DNA of 63,645 bases, the filler included, from Trichomonas gallinae (Eukaryota): assembly GCA_008369845.1 (NCBI GenBank). It is 4 parts of 4 records of this genome, joined end to end, with 100 filler letters (N's around TTAATTAATTAA, not from the genome) between each part and the next. Parts side by side here need not be neighbours in the genome. Positions count along the whole stretch, not along the records: positions 17,122 to 48,739 come from MRSU01000692.1; 3 more parts are not named here. One strand, given 5' to 3'. The notes below the pieces were generated by a model that was not told the DNA's origin, made no database searches, and saw nothing but the letters and a program-made list of their open reading frames with translations. Shown here piece by piece: positions 33,901 through 46,000 of this stretch. A program made the translations under genes and the position numbers. Within the stretch, counting starts at the first letter, position 1. Every line of letters begins with the position of its first letter.

Positions 33901-36900
33901 TTATACATAAGTTCTAAGCCTTTCCTCAGGGGACCGAGCTGATGTTTCCATTTCGATTGAGCTGCTGAAGCTTAGCGGTCTCATGTTGCCCAATCCAGCG
34001 AGAACCCACTGCCTGCGCAGCCAAAGAGCCAATAATACAATTACGCACAAATCAATTGTCATTAAACAGCCGTAAATAAATGATGCAATTTTGAATTTCG
34101 GTTTCGGTATTGAAGTCGGCTCTGGAGTTCTAAACGGAGTAATGTAGTATGTCGGATGCAGCGTGAACAGAGGAGTTCGCGGCGGAATAAATCTGTAAAT
34201 AACTGTCGATGACTGAACAGGAATACAAAAGGTTTTTGGCGCCTCAAGCATGTTTGATGTTAATATTAATGTTCCAAAGATATGAGAAAGCTTTGGATTG
34301 GCGATGCTTGATTTAAATCTGTATAATGTTGGATCCAAGAAAATCGTTGAATTTCCAACTGTCAACATATCGAATGTGTAGTCGTAGTCAGACTCAACTT
34401 TAAACATCACATATTCAGTATAGATTGATCTAAACGAAATTGATCCAAGTTTTGTTGTCTTCAAATTCAATTCTTTGGATTTTGAGTTGACAGAAATTGA
34501 TTCTTTTGCTAATGATATAATTTCTGGAGTGAATTCGATTAGTGTCGATTTTGCTGAAATCAGATAAGGCTCGATGCTGCAGATATCATGGAAATAACCT
34601 TCTAAGTTCCCAGAAATACTTATAGAAGAACTTCCACCGACAATAGATGAGTTAATCATCAGCAAATCAGACAGTTTCAGTGTCTGGCCTAAAATCAAAA
34701 CATCGCTGTTCTTAAATATCGCTTTGTTTCCACCGAAATCTCCATCTTCTATTATATAGTTTCCTCTTCCATTCAGTGAGCCGTGTAGACTCAGTGAATG
34801 CTTGAAGAATTCCCTGCTGATTCTCACTTCATTTGCCGTTGTCCATAATTTCACTACGTTGTTTTCATCGGCAACAAGTTTGTCAACGGAAGGACTCATT
34901 TTCATTAAGTCAATCGTTGCTGCATAGAATGGGCAATTTACTGATTGATTTATGTGATTCACCAGACAATAGAAGCCTAATCTCTTCTTGTGCATAACAC
35001 TGCCGCTGATGTTCCACGCTTGCATAGGATAATCAGTATATTCGGTGTAGTATGTTATTGATTCTGTCGGTGGTTTTTTAATCGTTCCTAAACTTTCTGC
35101 AACAACGTTGTGAATATTCCATCTGTCTGTGAATCTGACCCACGTGTGTCTTTCATCTGGCGTCAGAATAATATCTGGAAGGAAAGGAACTGTCTGGTTC
35201 TGTGTTCCATTGTAGTCCAGCGTCAAATGAGTACATAGCGCGTGCAAAGTCATTCCTGAGAAGATATCATAATCGAATCTAAATTTTTCCGATGTGTTCG
35301 TTTTAATTGTGAGGAATCCATATGATAGCTTGACAGTGTTCAATGGGTTTAAAAGCCTAAGAGTAATTTTTGTGTTTGGCGAAAACTTAAAATACTTGAA
35401 ATAATCAATAGCATCTGATGTTATATCAAGTTCTGATGGTTGTAGGTCTATGCAGTTTGAAAAAGTAATGTTTGGATTCTCTAAGATTAATTTTCCGATT
35501 TTTGAATTCTGATTGACAATGTCCAGATATAATTCGCCGTCAATTCTCAGTGACTTGAGAGAATTAAAGTTCATGTCAAGGTATTCATCGTCGAAGCCCC
35601 TCGTTGCAATGATGTGGACGTTTTTGTCGTCAATGAAGTTAGCTAGTTTAGCGTGTTTGTCCCAGAATGTTTTTGTGATAGAAAACAAAACATTTTCTTC
35701 TTCGATATTTAGTCTTGTCCAGTTTTGAGAATCAGTTCTCACCCATGGATTCGGGCAGCTTTGTTCGGCGCTGTAACTCAGACAGACTTTCATGGTGTCT
35801 CTGCCGTAAAAAGTAACTTGCGGGATGTTGAAAATCGAAGGAATTTCAGTAAAATTCGCTGTGACAAAAATCTTCGAATTTCTTGCAGCAATTATATCGA
35901 ATGGATAAGGAGATTTATACGTTTTATCATCCCACGTGTTGTCGAAATTCATGTAGAAAGTGAAGTTGTTTTCGAACTTGAAATTCGGGAAATAATTTAT
36001 CATTTCGTTATTTTCAACGAAAGAAGTGACTTGGAGTGGATTAGTTAATGTGTTCGGCTTCACATAGCGAAGGAAGAAGTTTTTGCCGTGATTTTCGACC
36101 TTTATGTCTCCAATTACGAAATAATTTTTATAAATCTCGAGTTTGTTGATTTTTGGATCGATTTCGTAAAATATCTTTGCACTCGGGCTGCACAGCTTAG
36201 TTACGTTGGAAATTCCGAAATCTGTGACGAAAAATGTTCCTGTTAAATTTCCTCCGCCGAGTAGATTGGAAATGAAGCCAATACTCAAGAATTCAACAAC
36301 AGAGTTTGGCTCCATAATCACGTGCACTCTTACTGTTGAAATTCGCCTCAGTTTTGGTGATTTAAATTGAACACAAGCCGTATCATAGCCAATGCATTGC
36401 AATTGTATCGAAAAATTGGCGAATGAGGGACCAAGGATCAAAGGTGTTTCAGGAGATGAGCCTTGGACGTAGATTTCGAACGAATCCCAGTATTTTTCAC
36501 CAAATTTCGAAAATTCGACAATTTCTCCAGGTTGCCATAAGATTTGAAGGTCAACAATCGGACATGACGTAAAGTCATATCTTGCTAAGCAATAACTAGC
36601 ATTCTTTGTTACATTTTTAGAAAATGGAGTTGTAAACTCGAATATCGTATCAGGAATCAAACCACTGAATGTTTGGAACGTATAATTGGACGTGTTATAG
36701 AAAGAAGTGAATTTTCCTTTATCTGAAGCAGGTAAATAATCTTCTTGGCCAGTATATGAAGGGAAAATGATATAATTCTGTCTTATTCCTCCATATATCT
36801 CGAACATGTTCTCTATCATCGAATGATGAGCATATTCGAACCTGATTTTCAGCGGATGATTGTAATCCTCGAAAAACTCACCGAGATGGAAGTGTATGTG

Positions 36901-39123
36901 ATAAAAGTCAGACCACCAAACGTAAATATCATCAAAAACTTCAACGTCAATAAAAATATATTTTGTGTGAGCGTTGATACTTCTTTCTAAGCCTATAAAG
37001 TACAATTCAAGCAGAGCTGTCGATGAATTTCTTATACTTTTAGCAATACTTGCGTAATTAAAAGATTCAACAGTAAATCTTTCGAGAACTTTCAAATAAT
37101 GCCCATCAAAGTCTATTTTACCTTTGCCCCACACTGAAAAGTCTCTCAGTTCAATCATATTATAAGGAGCTTCGAATTTGAAATTAATTTCTTTGATATT
37201 TAGCGAAGTTGGCTTGAAATCATCTTCATATTTGAGTACAGCTGTGATATTTTGTCTGCTTGATCTGACTTCAATGAAGAGTTTATCCATGGATTTCGAT
37301 GAAAAAATTGAATCAGTGACAACATTAAGGGAAATATCATCATTTAACTCTTCAGGTGTTGTCCAGAACTTATCTGTATGAACACCACCGGTGTAAACTA
37401 TCTGTCTTTCTAATATATTGCAATATTGAGATTCTAAAACTCTGTCTGATAGGATACAATATTTTCCACTTGATGATCCTTGGTAATAAACATTGAGATA
37501 ATCGAAAATTCCATCTGGAACACTGTAATCTTCGATTGTTTTATAATAAGATAATGTTTCGCTTTGCAAACTGACTGACAAGCCTTTAGGTTGTATATTC
37601 TTCCAGTCTAGAGGCAAAAGAGCTGTCCAAATGTTAGGTCCGTGGCCAGTAAATACGAAATTTCTATCAAACACATTATTTTTGGCTGCTTTGTACAGGA
37701 AATCGACCTGGAAGTTCACAGGATACTGTGTCAAGTCGATTTTAAGCGTTTTGAAGATGTTGAAATCAATCGACAAATTTCGAGCTTTGTAGAAGATTAA
37801 ATCGATCTTTTTATCATAGAACTCAACAGATGTCGGCAGATGGTCGTAATCCATGAGACTCAAAGAAATTTCGAGATTTGGATTATTTTGCAATAATTTC
37901 ATTGCTCTATCATAAACGTAGATGTTTGTGACGAGTGAATTGACAAACAAAGGTTTTCCTAGCGTATCAATATATCCGTAGAACGCAAATGTGTCGAATT
38001 TAACAACAGTTTCTGATTCGTAAGTTATATTCGTTGTATCAGGAATTGTCAGCATTTTAATAGAACTAGACTTGATGTTAACTATACCTCTTGAAATTCT
38101 TAAATGTGAGCACTGCAAATTCGCGAGATTTAAGTTAATTGATAAATTATTTGCGCTTCTGATTGTTAACGACAGATCTTGCCATGAGAGTTTATCTAAT
38201 GTCAATGTATTGTGATTGAATCCATGAACAATGAGTTCCATGCTCTTTTTAAATGGATAAATACTTTTGTTTAAAATTCCTGTGGTGTATATTGTGTCTG
38301 GCGTGTTAAACTGAATGCCATCTTCAACGATATGATAAACGCCTTGATAAATATCTGTAGAAAGCTGCAAAGTTGAATTAAATTCGAACAAATCAGGCAA
38401 AATATTGTCAGATTCGAATGATATTTCCGTGAATGCGTTGACATTAGTAACCTGGGATTTCAATTTCGGATCAGAAAGCGAAACTTTGTTATCAAACCAA
38501 ATTATTGGAATAAATGCATAGGTAATTTCAGGATTTGAGAAGCAAATATCCGGCATTGAGTCCAATGTATTAGATTTTGGAAGAATTTCGTTCATTTGAC
38601 AGCCCAAATACAAAGTTATTCGATTAAACTTTTCATATTTCAACGTAACATCATCGAAACCAGGCCTTTGTAGCATTACATAGTCTTTGTACATGTTAAC
38701 TGTGGAGTGATTTCAGAAAAATTCGACGCCTAAATTTACTTTGAATTTATCGAAGAATTCTTTGTATTTCAGATATAAATCATAAGTGACAATTAAGTCT
38801 TTGGAAGCTGCAAAATTGGCTGGAGCCTTTGAAAATGTGATTTCATTTCGGCAAACGAAATAATCAAATAAAAAATGCCCATTTTCAGCAACGAAATTAA
38901 GTTTGCAGTTATTCTCTACAACAAGGCCTCGCATTCGTAAGTTTTCTGCGCGAATTTCGATGTTTGCGAAACTTCCTGTAAATATAACATATTTATTTTG
39001 TATTTTGCTTTCTTCAACGACATAATTGTTCTCTGGATCCCAATACTCAGGTATCTCGATAATAGTTGCCTCCTTTCTCGGTGGCAATGTTGAAGAAATC
39101 AAATAAATCAAAAAACAAAACAT
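33901..39123 (-). CDS. Large type I membrane surface protein (about 1740 codons) with one in-frame TGA
   Basis: ORF 38713..39123 (leader MFCFLIYLISS) is in frame with ORF 33901..38694 across TTC-TGA-AAT-CAC-TCC-ACA-GTT-AAC-ATG. Repeated YC..(x)C modules, Pro/Thr stalk, TM helix and short cytosolic tail. Confidence 0.8.
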
Positions 39124-39239
39124 TTTTATTAAATTTTTAGTGATACATAATTTCTATAAACATAGATAAACAAGAATCAAAAGTAAAAAATAAGAAATCG
39201 GACTTGTTGACACTTTTTTATTTTGTAAAAGAATAAAAA

Positions 39240-39311
39240 GGGGCAATGCGGGAATTGAACCCGCGACCTCGCGCACCCTAAGCGCGAATCATACCACTAG
39301 ACTAATTGCCC
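39240..39311 (-). tRNA. tRNA-Pro(AGG)
   Basis: Reverse complement GGGCAAT.../ATTGCCC-C, anticodon arm CGCGC-TT-AGG-GT-GCGCG, T arm GCGGG-TTCAATT-CCCGC, T-run downstream. Confidence 0.96.
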
Positions 39312-39445
39312 TTGCCTGAAAAATATATCATCATGCACTCGTGATACATGTAATTCAATTTTTGTCAGTTTTATTGATTTCTAAAAAAATTAAAAAAAAA
39401 CCGAAGCATTTAATTATAATCATCGATCAAAATAATTAGTTAATT

Positions 39446-41806
39446 TTACTCACCAATTGTTCTGGCCTTTTCGACGTCTGTGCAGAAATCTCTCCATCTG
39501 ATGGCGTCTGTGATGCCGACTCTGTACTTCCTGAAGAGTGCATTGAGCTGTCCGGCGCGAAGTACAACTCCGACGTCTTCTAATCTCTTCTGGAATTCTG
39601 CCTGTGAGATTGTATCGTTCTCAATTCCGATAAATGCGACGTTGATTCTCCTCCTCTTGCATGCGAGTCTATCTCTGATCTGAAGGCATGTTGCCATGGC
39701 GTCTCTGTTGACATCAGCAGAGATTGGCTCTCCTGTGAGTCCGGCCTTAGCCCACTCAGAGTCGATATCTTCTGCTTCGACTGCTCTCTCGAAGAGCTTG
39801 TAGTTGAAGATTTCCTTTTTCTTTGGATCTCTGAAGGCGCTGCAGACATCCTCCATCTCAGCTCTCATCACTGTGAACTGGACATTGTTGAAAGCAGCGG
39901 CGACCTTGAAGACCTGGATGAAGCCTGTAGATGGCTTCTGGTCGTATGGGCCGAAGATTTCATCGACAGAAAGACGCCTCATGCGTGAGAATGACTTGAA
40001 GCGTCTGAGGAAGTTGTGGACGATTGGTGCGAAGTCTGGGAGTGGCTTCTCCTGCATGTATGTCTTCTCCGGCTCCGGCTCTGGTTCTGGCTCGGCGTGG
40101 TTGAGAGCGGAGATGAACTCTCTGTAGTTGACTTCTGGAGAACCAGTGATTCTGAAGAATGACATCAACTGGCGGACATCAGACTGGTTGAGGTTGAGCT
40201 GCATGTCAAGGAGAACGTCCATGAAGACCTGGTTTGGAACACAGCCGCGCTTTCTCTTATCGCTGCGCTCGAACTCGCTCTGGAGGCTGTAGATGTTAGC
40301 GCTCTTCTGGATGCTGAGGAGGATCTGGTTGACGATCTTCGGTGGCTTGCCTGCCATTGTTGGGTCTCTGGCGGAGACAGCGCCTTCCTCGACTGGTCTG
40401 CGTGAGGACATTCTGAGTGTGGCGTCCTCTGGGTCGACGGCGGAGGCAAGATCGCGCCATGAGACTGTGGCGAACTTCTTGCCTGGGAACTGCTGGCTGA
40501 TGAGTGTGAGGTCTTCTCTGGTTGCCTCGAAGCCGATCATGCAGAGAGCGGACTGGAGCTGCTCGAGTGTCATCTCACCTGTGTTTGCGCGATCGAACTT
40601 GAAGGCCTGCTGCTGGAGTGGAACTGGGGAGGTCTGGAGGAATGTCTTGAGGTTGCTCATGACATCGTTGATGGATGTGCGAGATGATGGGCGCTGGTTT
40701 GGTGTAATAGCGGCAGCGAAAGCGTGGTAGTCGATTTCGGAGTTTGGAAGTCTGTAGTTCTCAGCGATGGCGAAGATTTCGTCGTTGGACAATGAAAGCT
40801 GCATGGAGGCAACTATCTGGCCGAAAACGCGGATTGGGCAAGAATCTGGATTTCCATGGCGAGCGAGTGGATCGAAGTAGTCGTTGACATGGATTCTGCG
40901 GCTAACAATGATCTGCCTTATATCGTTGAGAAGCTGATCAACGGAGATTCTGACCTTTGGAGCTTCCTTTGTCTCTTCAGCAGCCTCTTCGACAGCCTTT
41001 GGCTTGTAGGCCTCGATTGTGCTGATGAACTGCTTGTAATTGCAGTAGCCGGAGTCCTCCTGGAAGAATGGATAGGCAATATCTCTAAGATCGACTGGTG
41101 TGAGAGAAGCGCCTGTTGATGAGAGTGCGGAGATGAAAGCCTCGAATGGGAGCTTGCCAGAGTTGGAGGAATCAACGCGCTTGAAGAGACCGTAAAGATC
41201 GATTGAGCGAGACTTGCAGTAGCGCCAGATGTGGACGAAGCAGTCTGGAAGTTCGTCGAGTGGAGCATCTGGGTTGACAACCTTTGCGGAAACTGTTTGA
41301 ACATCACTTTGAAGTCTGAAATAATCGATGAATCCTGTGACTGTGTCTGCGTAGACTTTGACAAGTGTCTTTGTGAGTGGTGAGCATCCGAAAGCCCTGT
41401 AGAAATGGTCTGGAGTGACTCTTCCCTTGTTGGATGGATCGAATGGCATCAAGGCTTCGCGTACTGTCTGTCTGCGATGGGCCAATTCAGCGCCGAGCCT
41501 GCGGAGTTCCTCTGTGCAGTTTGGTGTCTTGCCAGATGGCTGGTTTTGATTTGTCTTTGCCATCTCAATCATCTGCTGGAGGGCCTTCCAGTCAACAGCA
41601 TCACCCTTCTTGAAGGCTTCAGCAAGAATCTGGACCTGCTGGGGTGTGAAATTGAGGCCGATGGATGAAATCCATCTGTGAAGGGAAACAGGCGAAATTG
41701 TGCCGTTACGCTTGCGGTCGTAGTTGATGAGCTCGAGTTCTACGTCAACAGCGTTTCTATCGCATGTAGAACGAATGCGAGCAATAAGTTGCTGTACTTG
41801 TTCCAT
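39446..41806 (-). CDS. Multi EF-hand protein
   Basis: Many EF-hand-like pairs (DRKRNGTI, DPSNKGRV, DSSNSGKL, DRANTGEM, DKRKRGCV); strong codon bias. Confidence 0.88.
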   Translation of the reverse strand: MEQVQQLIARIRSTCDRNAVDVELELINYDRKRNGTISPVSLHRWISSIGLNFTPQQVQILAEAFKKGDAVDWKALQQMIEMAKTNQNQPSGKTPNCTEELRRLGAELAHRRQTVREALMPFDPSNKGRVTPDHFYRAFGCSPLTKTLVKVYADTVTGFIDYFRLQSDVQTVSAKVVNPDAPLDELPDCFVHIWRYCKSRSIDLYGLFKRVDSSNSGKLPFEAFISALSSTGASLTPVDLRDIAYPFFQEDSGYCNYKQFISTIEAYKPKAVEEAAEETKEAPKVRISVDQLLNDIRQIIVSRRIHVNDYFDPLARHGNPDSCPIRVFGQIVASMQLSLSNDEIFAIAENYRLPNSEIDYHAFAAAITPNQRPSSRTSINDVMSNLKTFLQTSPVPLQQQAFKFDRANTGEMTLEQLQSALCMIGFEATREDLTLISQQFPGKKFATVSWRDLASAVDPEDATLRMSSRRPVEEGAVSARDPTMAGKPPKIVNQILLSIQKSANIYSLQSEFERSDKRKRGCVPNQVFMDVLLDMQLNLNQSDVRQLMSFFRITGSPEVNYREFISALNHAEPEPEPEPEKTYMQEKPLPDFAPIVHNFLRRFKSFSRMRRLSVDEIFGPYDQKPSTGFIQVFKVAAAFNNVQFTVMRAEMEDVCSAFRDPKKKEIFNYKLFERAVEAEDIDSEWAKAGLTGEPISADVNRDAMATCLQIRDRLACKRRRINVAFIGIENDTISQAEFQKRLEDVGVVLRAGQLNALFRKYRVGITDAIRWRDFCTDVEKARTIGE

Positions 41807-42385
41807 TTTACTGATTTACATGGACGTTTACATTTTTGATTTTTCTTTTCTTTATTTTTGAGTTTTCGTTGTTTTTTGATAATATTATCATATTTATCCG
41901 AATTTTAGCCGATAAAAAAATTCCGACATCTTTTGTTTACATTTTGTCATAATGTCAAAAATCACAAGTTCATTTCACTTCTTTTATTTTATTTCGTTAG
42001 CTCAATATTTCATACTATTATTACATGAATAACACATTTTTATCATCAAAAATCGTGATTTCGAATTAGTTTTAAAATTACAAATTTATTTTTTTCATTT
42101 CAAAAGGAATATAGCATTATTCATTACACCATACACTACAGCTAAAACTAGGGAGATTTAGATGAAGCCTTACAACAATATATTGCAATGAAAAATTTTT
42201 TTATCAACAACAAACTTAGAATATGAAATTTATAACAATATTCATTTGGAATGTGAGCTAGAGTGTCAATTCAATGAATATTACATCAACAAATACATAA
42301 TAATGCATTGTTAATCATTACATGGCAGTATTTGATTTTTGACATGTAAAACGACGAATTTTGTTGTAAATTGACAAATTCAAAA

Positions 42386-42751
42386 ATGTCTAACGAAAAC
42401 GAGAAAAAAGATGCTAAACCAGCCGAAAAAACTGAAAAGGAAGCACCACAGACATCCATTGTCGAAAATTTAACTAACAACACACGAACAGTAGTCGCTT
42501 TTATCAGAGATAAGTCCTACACGATCAATATTGCAGATGGTTCTCAAACAGTCGAGTGGCTTGCAGATGTTGTTTTGTTCAAGTACAAGCGTTCGCAGTT
42601 TGAGAAAATGAACTGCAGAGGTGTGAAATATCATAACAAACTTTTGGAAATGCAAACACCAATCGCTTTACAGGTAGAAAATGGCCAGGAAGTCTATATC
42701 TTACTTGAAGGTGATGAAGATGTTGATCAAATGTTTGGTGATGAAATTTAA
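42386..42751 (+). CDS. Small protein with Par3/HAL-N-like ubiquitin-fold domain
   Basis: TINIADGSQTVEWLA...KY...LENGQEVYILL pattern; ATG at 42386. Confidence 0.6.
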   Translation: MSNENEKKDAKPAEKTEKEAPQTSIVENLTNNTRTVVAFIRDKSYTINIADGSQTVEWLADVVLFKYKRSQFEKMNCRGVKYHNKLLEMQTPIALQVENGQEVYILLEGDEDVDQMFGDEI

Positions 42752-43062
42752 AATGTTTCATCTGACGACAATCTATTCACTACCTTCTATTATATGTTAT
42801 AAACACTACACTGTTGATCTTTTTTAAATTTCTAAAAATATTATATTATAACGTACAATTCAAATCATTCCTAGAACTATATGCTGCTAAATACCAATAT
42901 AACTTAAACAGATATTAACATCTTTAGCAATTTCATTAATATTATATTTATATATTCAATATGAAAAATATTATGTCATCAAATTCATTAACAATAACTG
43001 AAACAGTAATAAACACGATTGGTTTGGCTTTAAATAATAATTTATAAACAAAAAATAAAAAA

Positions 43063-46000
43063 TTAATCAAACATTGTTAATGCGTTCTTAATCTGCTGGA
43101 TTCTTACAGGCTTAGATAGATAATCATCCATTCCAGCAGCCAAGCAAGACTCTCTGTCGCCTTCGATGGCATTCGCAGTCAATGCAATGATGTGCATCTT
43201 AGAATAAGGCCTGTCAGAAGCTCTGATCTTGCGAGTTGCAGACAAACCATCCAAGACTGGCATCTGACAATCCATGAAAACTAAGTCGAACGGGTTGTCG
43301 ATGTTTGCTTCAAGTAAATCTATTGCTATTTGTCCGTTGTCAGCCATTTCGAACGAGCAGCCGAGTTTTTCGAGGATTTTCTTCATGACGAATTGGTTCT
43401 GCTTGTTATCTTCGACAACTAAAACTCTCTTCTTTGTTGGCTCTTGCGATTGTTGAGATTCATGCTTAGCTTTGATGCCGAATCTGCAGAAGTTTAAGAA
43501 CTTGCAAAGAGCGTGCGGAAGTATTGGTCTAGTGATTCTGAATTCAGCCTTTGACGACTCTTCGGCTTCAATGACAGCGCATAAGGGAGTCTTCGCTTCT
43601 GGGACCAGTTTGTTGACATCTGCTGCACAAGTGTCGACGATTGTTCCAGCGACTCCTTCAGTTCTCATGAATCCAAGAGCTTCGTCTACGTTTTCCGCGA
43701 ATTTGACAGTGAAATGCAGATCAACGGCCCACGCTCTGATGATTTCTCTCGTGACGCCATCGCTCGATAATACCATGATTGTCTTGTTTCCTCCTCTGAA
43801 GACAGGAAGAGTTGGGAAATATGCAGACTCTATAGGAATGTCGATCAAAAATGTCGAGCCTTTTCCTGGCTCGGATTCCAGTCTCAAAGAGCCACCAACG
43901 AAATGCACAATCTCCTGGACAAGAGCGAGGCCAAGTCCAGTGCCCGCATAGTGGACATTGTTGCCAGGATCGGCCTGGTAGTACCTCTGGAAGATGATCT
44001 TCTGCTGGTCGTAGCTGATGCCAATGCCTGTGTCAGCGACTGCGATTCTTATAACTTCCTGGTCTTCTTCTTCAGCCCACGAAACAGACAACTCGATGAA
44101 GCCTTTCTTCGTGAACTTCAAAGCGTTCGAGAACAGGTTGTTCAATATTTGCTGTATTAAGTGGACATCGTGAGTGATTTTGAGTGGGAATTTCGGTGAT
44201 GATCTGACGATGAACTTGATGCCGTCCTTTCTAGCTCTGCTCGCGCTGGCGACAATAGATGGCTCAAGAGCTGCCCAGAAGTCGAATGTGGCGATCTGCA
44301 TCTCCATGTCTCCTTGTTCTATCTTCGAAAGGTTTAATGTATCGTCGAGCAGCTTGAGGAGCTGGAAACTCAAAGATCTCATTGTGTCGACTAACAATCT
44401 CTGCTCGCCAGTTATTTCTCCCTGAGCGATAATATCAAGCAGGCCGAAGATAGGGTTCATTGGCGTGCGAATTTCGTGCGACATATTTGCGAGGAACAAT
44501 GTTTTCTGCTTGTTTGCTTCGACGGCGATTTTCCTCTGCTCTTCCAGTTCTTGGTTCGCTCTCTCAACATCAGTTACATCAATGCAGATGCCGACGACTT
44601 GCTTGGAAGCTGCCTGGTATCTGCCTCTGATAGAGTAGAACCTGTCGTCTTCCGACACCTTGAATCCCATAACTTCATTTGTTTCTATAGTCTGCCTGAT
44701 TTTCTCTCTGAAAACAGCGGCAACTTCTGGCGCCATGCATGTGTTTACGAATGTTCTGTTGACTCTCACGACAGTCGCGATGCCCGGAATTAATCTCGTG
44801 TGTTCTGTTACAGGGAGATCATCGTCGAAGTACTTCCATACTGTGAGTTTTCCTGACGAAAAGATGATATCTCTTATCTTGCAATTATCTGCAAACTGCT
44901 TGGCTGTTTCTTTCTGAGAAGAAATTGAGGCAGCGAACGCATGTACTAAATGCTGCTTGGCTATTGCGAAAATTACTCTGTGCCATTCGTATTTTCCGTA
45001 TTTCATGATTCGACATTCGCCAGTCCACTCCCTGATCTTGCCGTCCTTCAGGTCTTTGAGGGCTGTTTCTATTGCCTCCTTTTCGTCTTCGTGCACGAAA
45101 TCGAGGAACTTGAAAAATTTCGTTTGTGGGTCGACACTGAGTGTTTCCCAGATTGTAGGCTGCTGGAGGAGAGGCATAACCGTGCCTGTTATCAGATCGA
45201 ATGACCAGAAGATCAATGATGATGTAACAGAAGCTAATTGCAGACCTTTTCCTGTCATCTGCAGTTTCTCTTTAGTCTTGACGGCTTCATCTGTGTTAAA
45301 CGCGAAACCGACAGTGTTGTTAGCGAATAGACTGAAATACATGTAGCTGCCGTCGCCACGCTGCAATCTGACAGTAACCATCTTCTTTCCGAACCATGCC
45401 ATGAGATTTTCGTCCGCTGGGTGGATGATCTTGTCGATTCTGACTGGTCTCTCTTCTCTTCCGAGTATTTTCCATAGATTATCGGACAAATCTGTAATTT
45501 CTGTTCCATTTACACTGAATTTCATCAAGCTCAAGGCTTCTGATGAGAATTTGAGGTCAACTAATGAGTCCTTGAGATCAATCTCCTGTTGTTTAATTGG
45601 GGTTATTTCTTCAACAATTATTGAAACAATAATTTCTTTAGTTATCTTGTCGTGTGTTGTATATGAAGAGATATTGAACCATCTGTGCCTGATTCCGTTG
45701 ATTTCAAGCGACTGAGTCAAGACACCTGTTTCTTTTCTGATATTTTCGAAAATACCATCGAGTTTTTGCTTAATATTCGGATCTCCGCATGCCATAATCC
45801 TTGATATGATCTGATCGAAGCTTACACATTCATGAGGGAAGAGATTTGTGCGTGCTAAAGAAATTGTTTTCGTTCTGACGCTGTATTCGAATAAACTGTA
45901 GGACTTTGGACGAGAAATGAGATCCACGAAGCGAAGGAACATAAGATTCTGCTCTTTTGTGAGTGAAATTTGGAATAAAAATACGCAATAATTGCAGATT

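Noticed and set aside
33901..39123. Genome-wide UGA reassignment or selenocysteine
   Set aside because: TGA ends genes at natural C-termini (Rab CaaX at 58227, ArfGAP, WD40), and no SECIS-like element was recognised.
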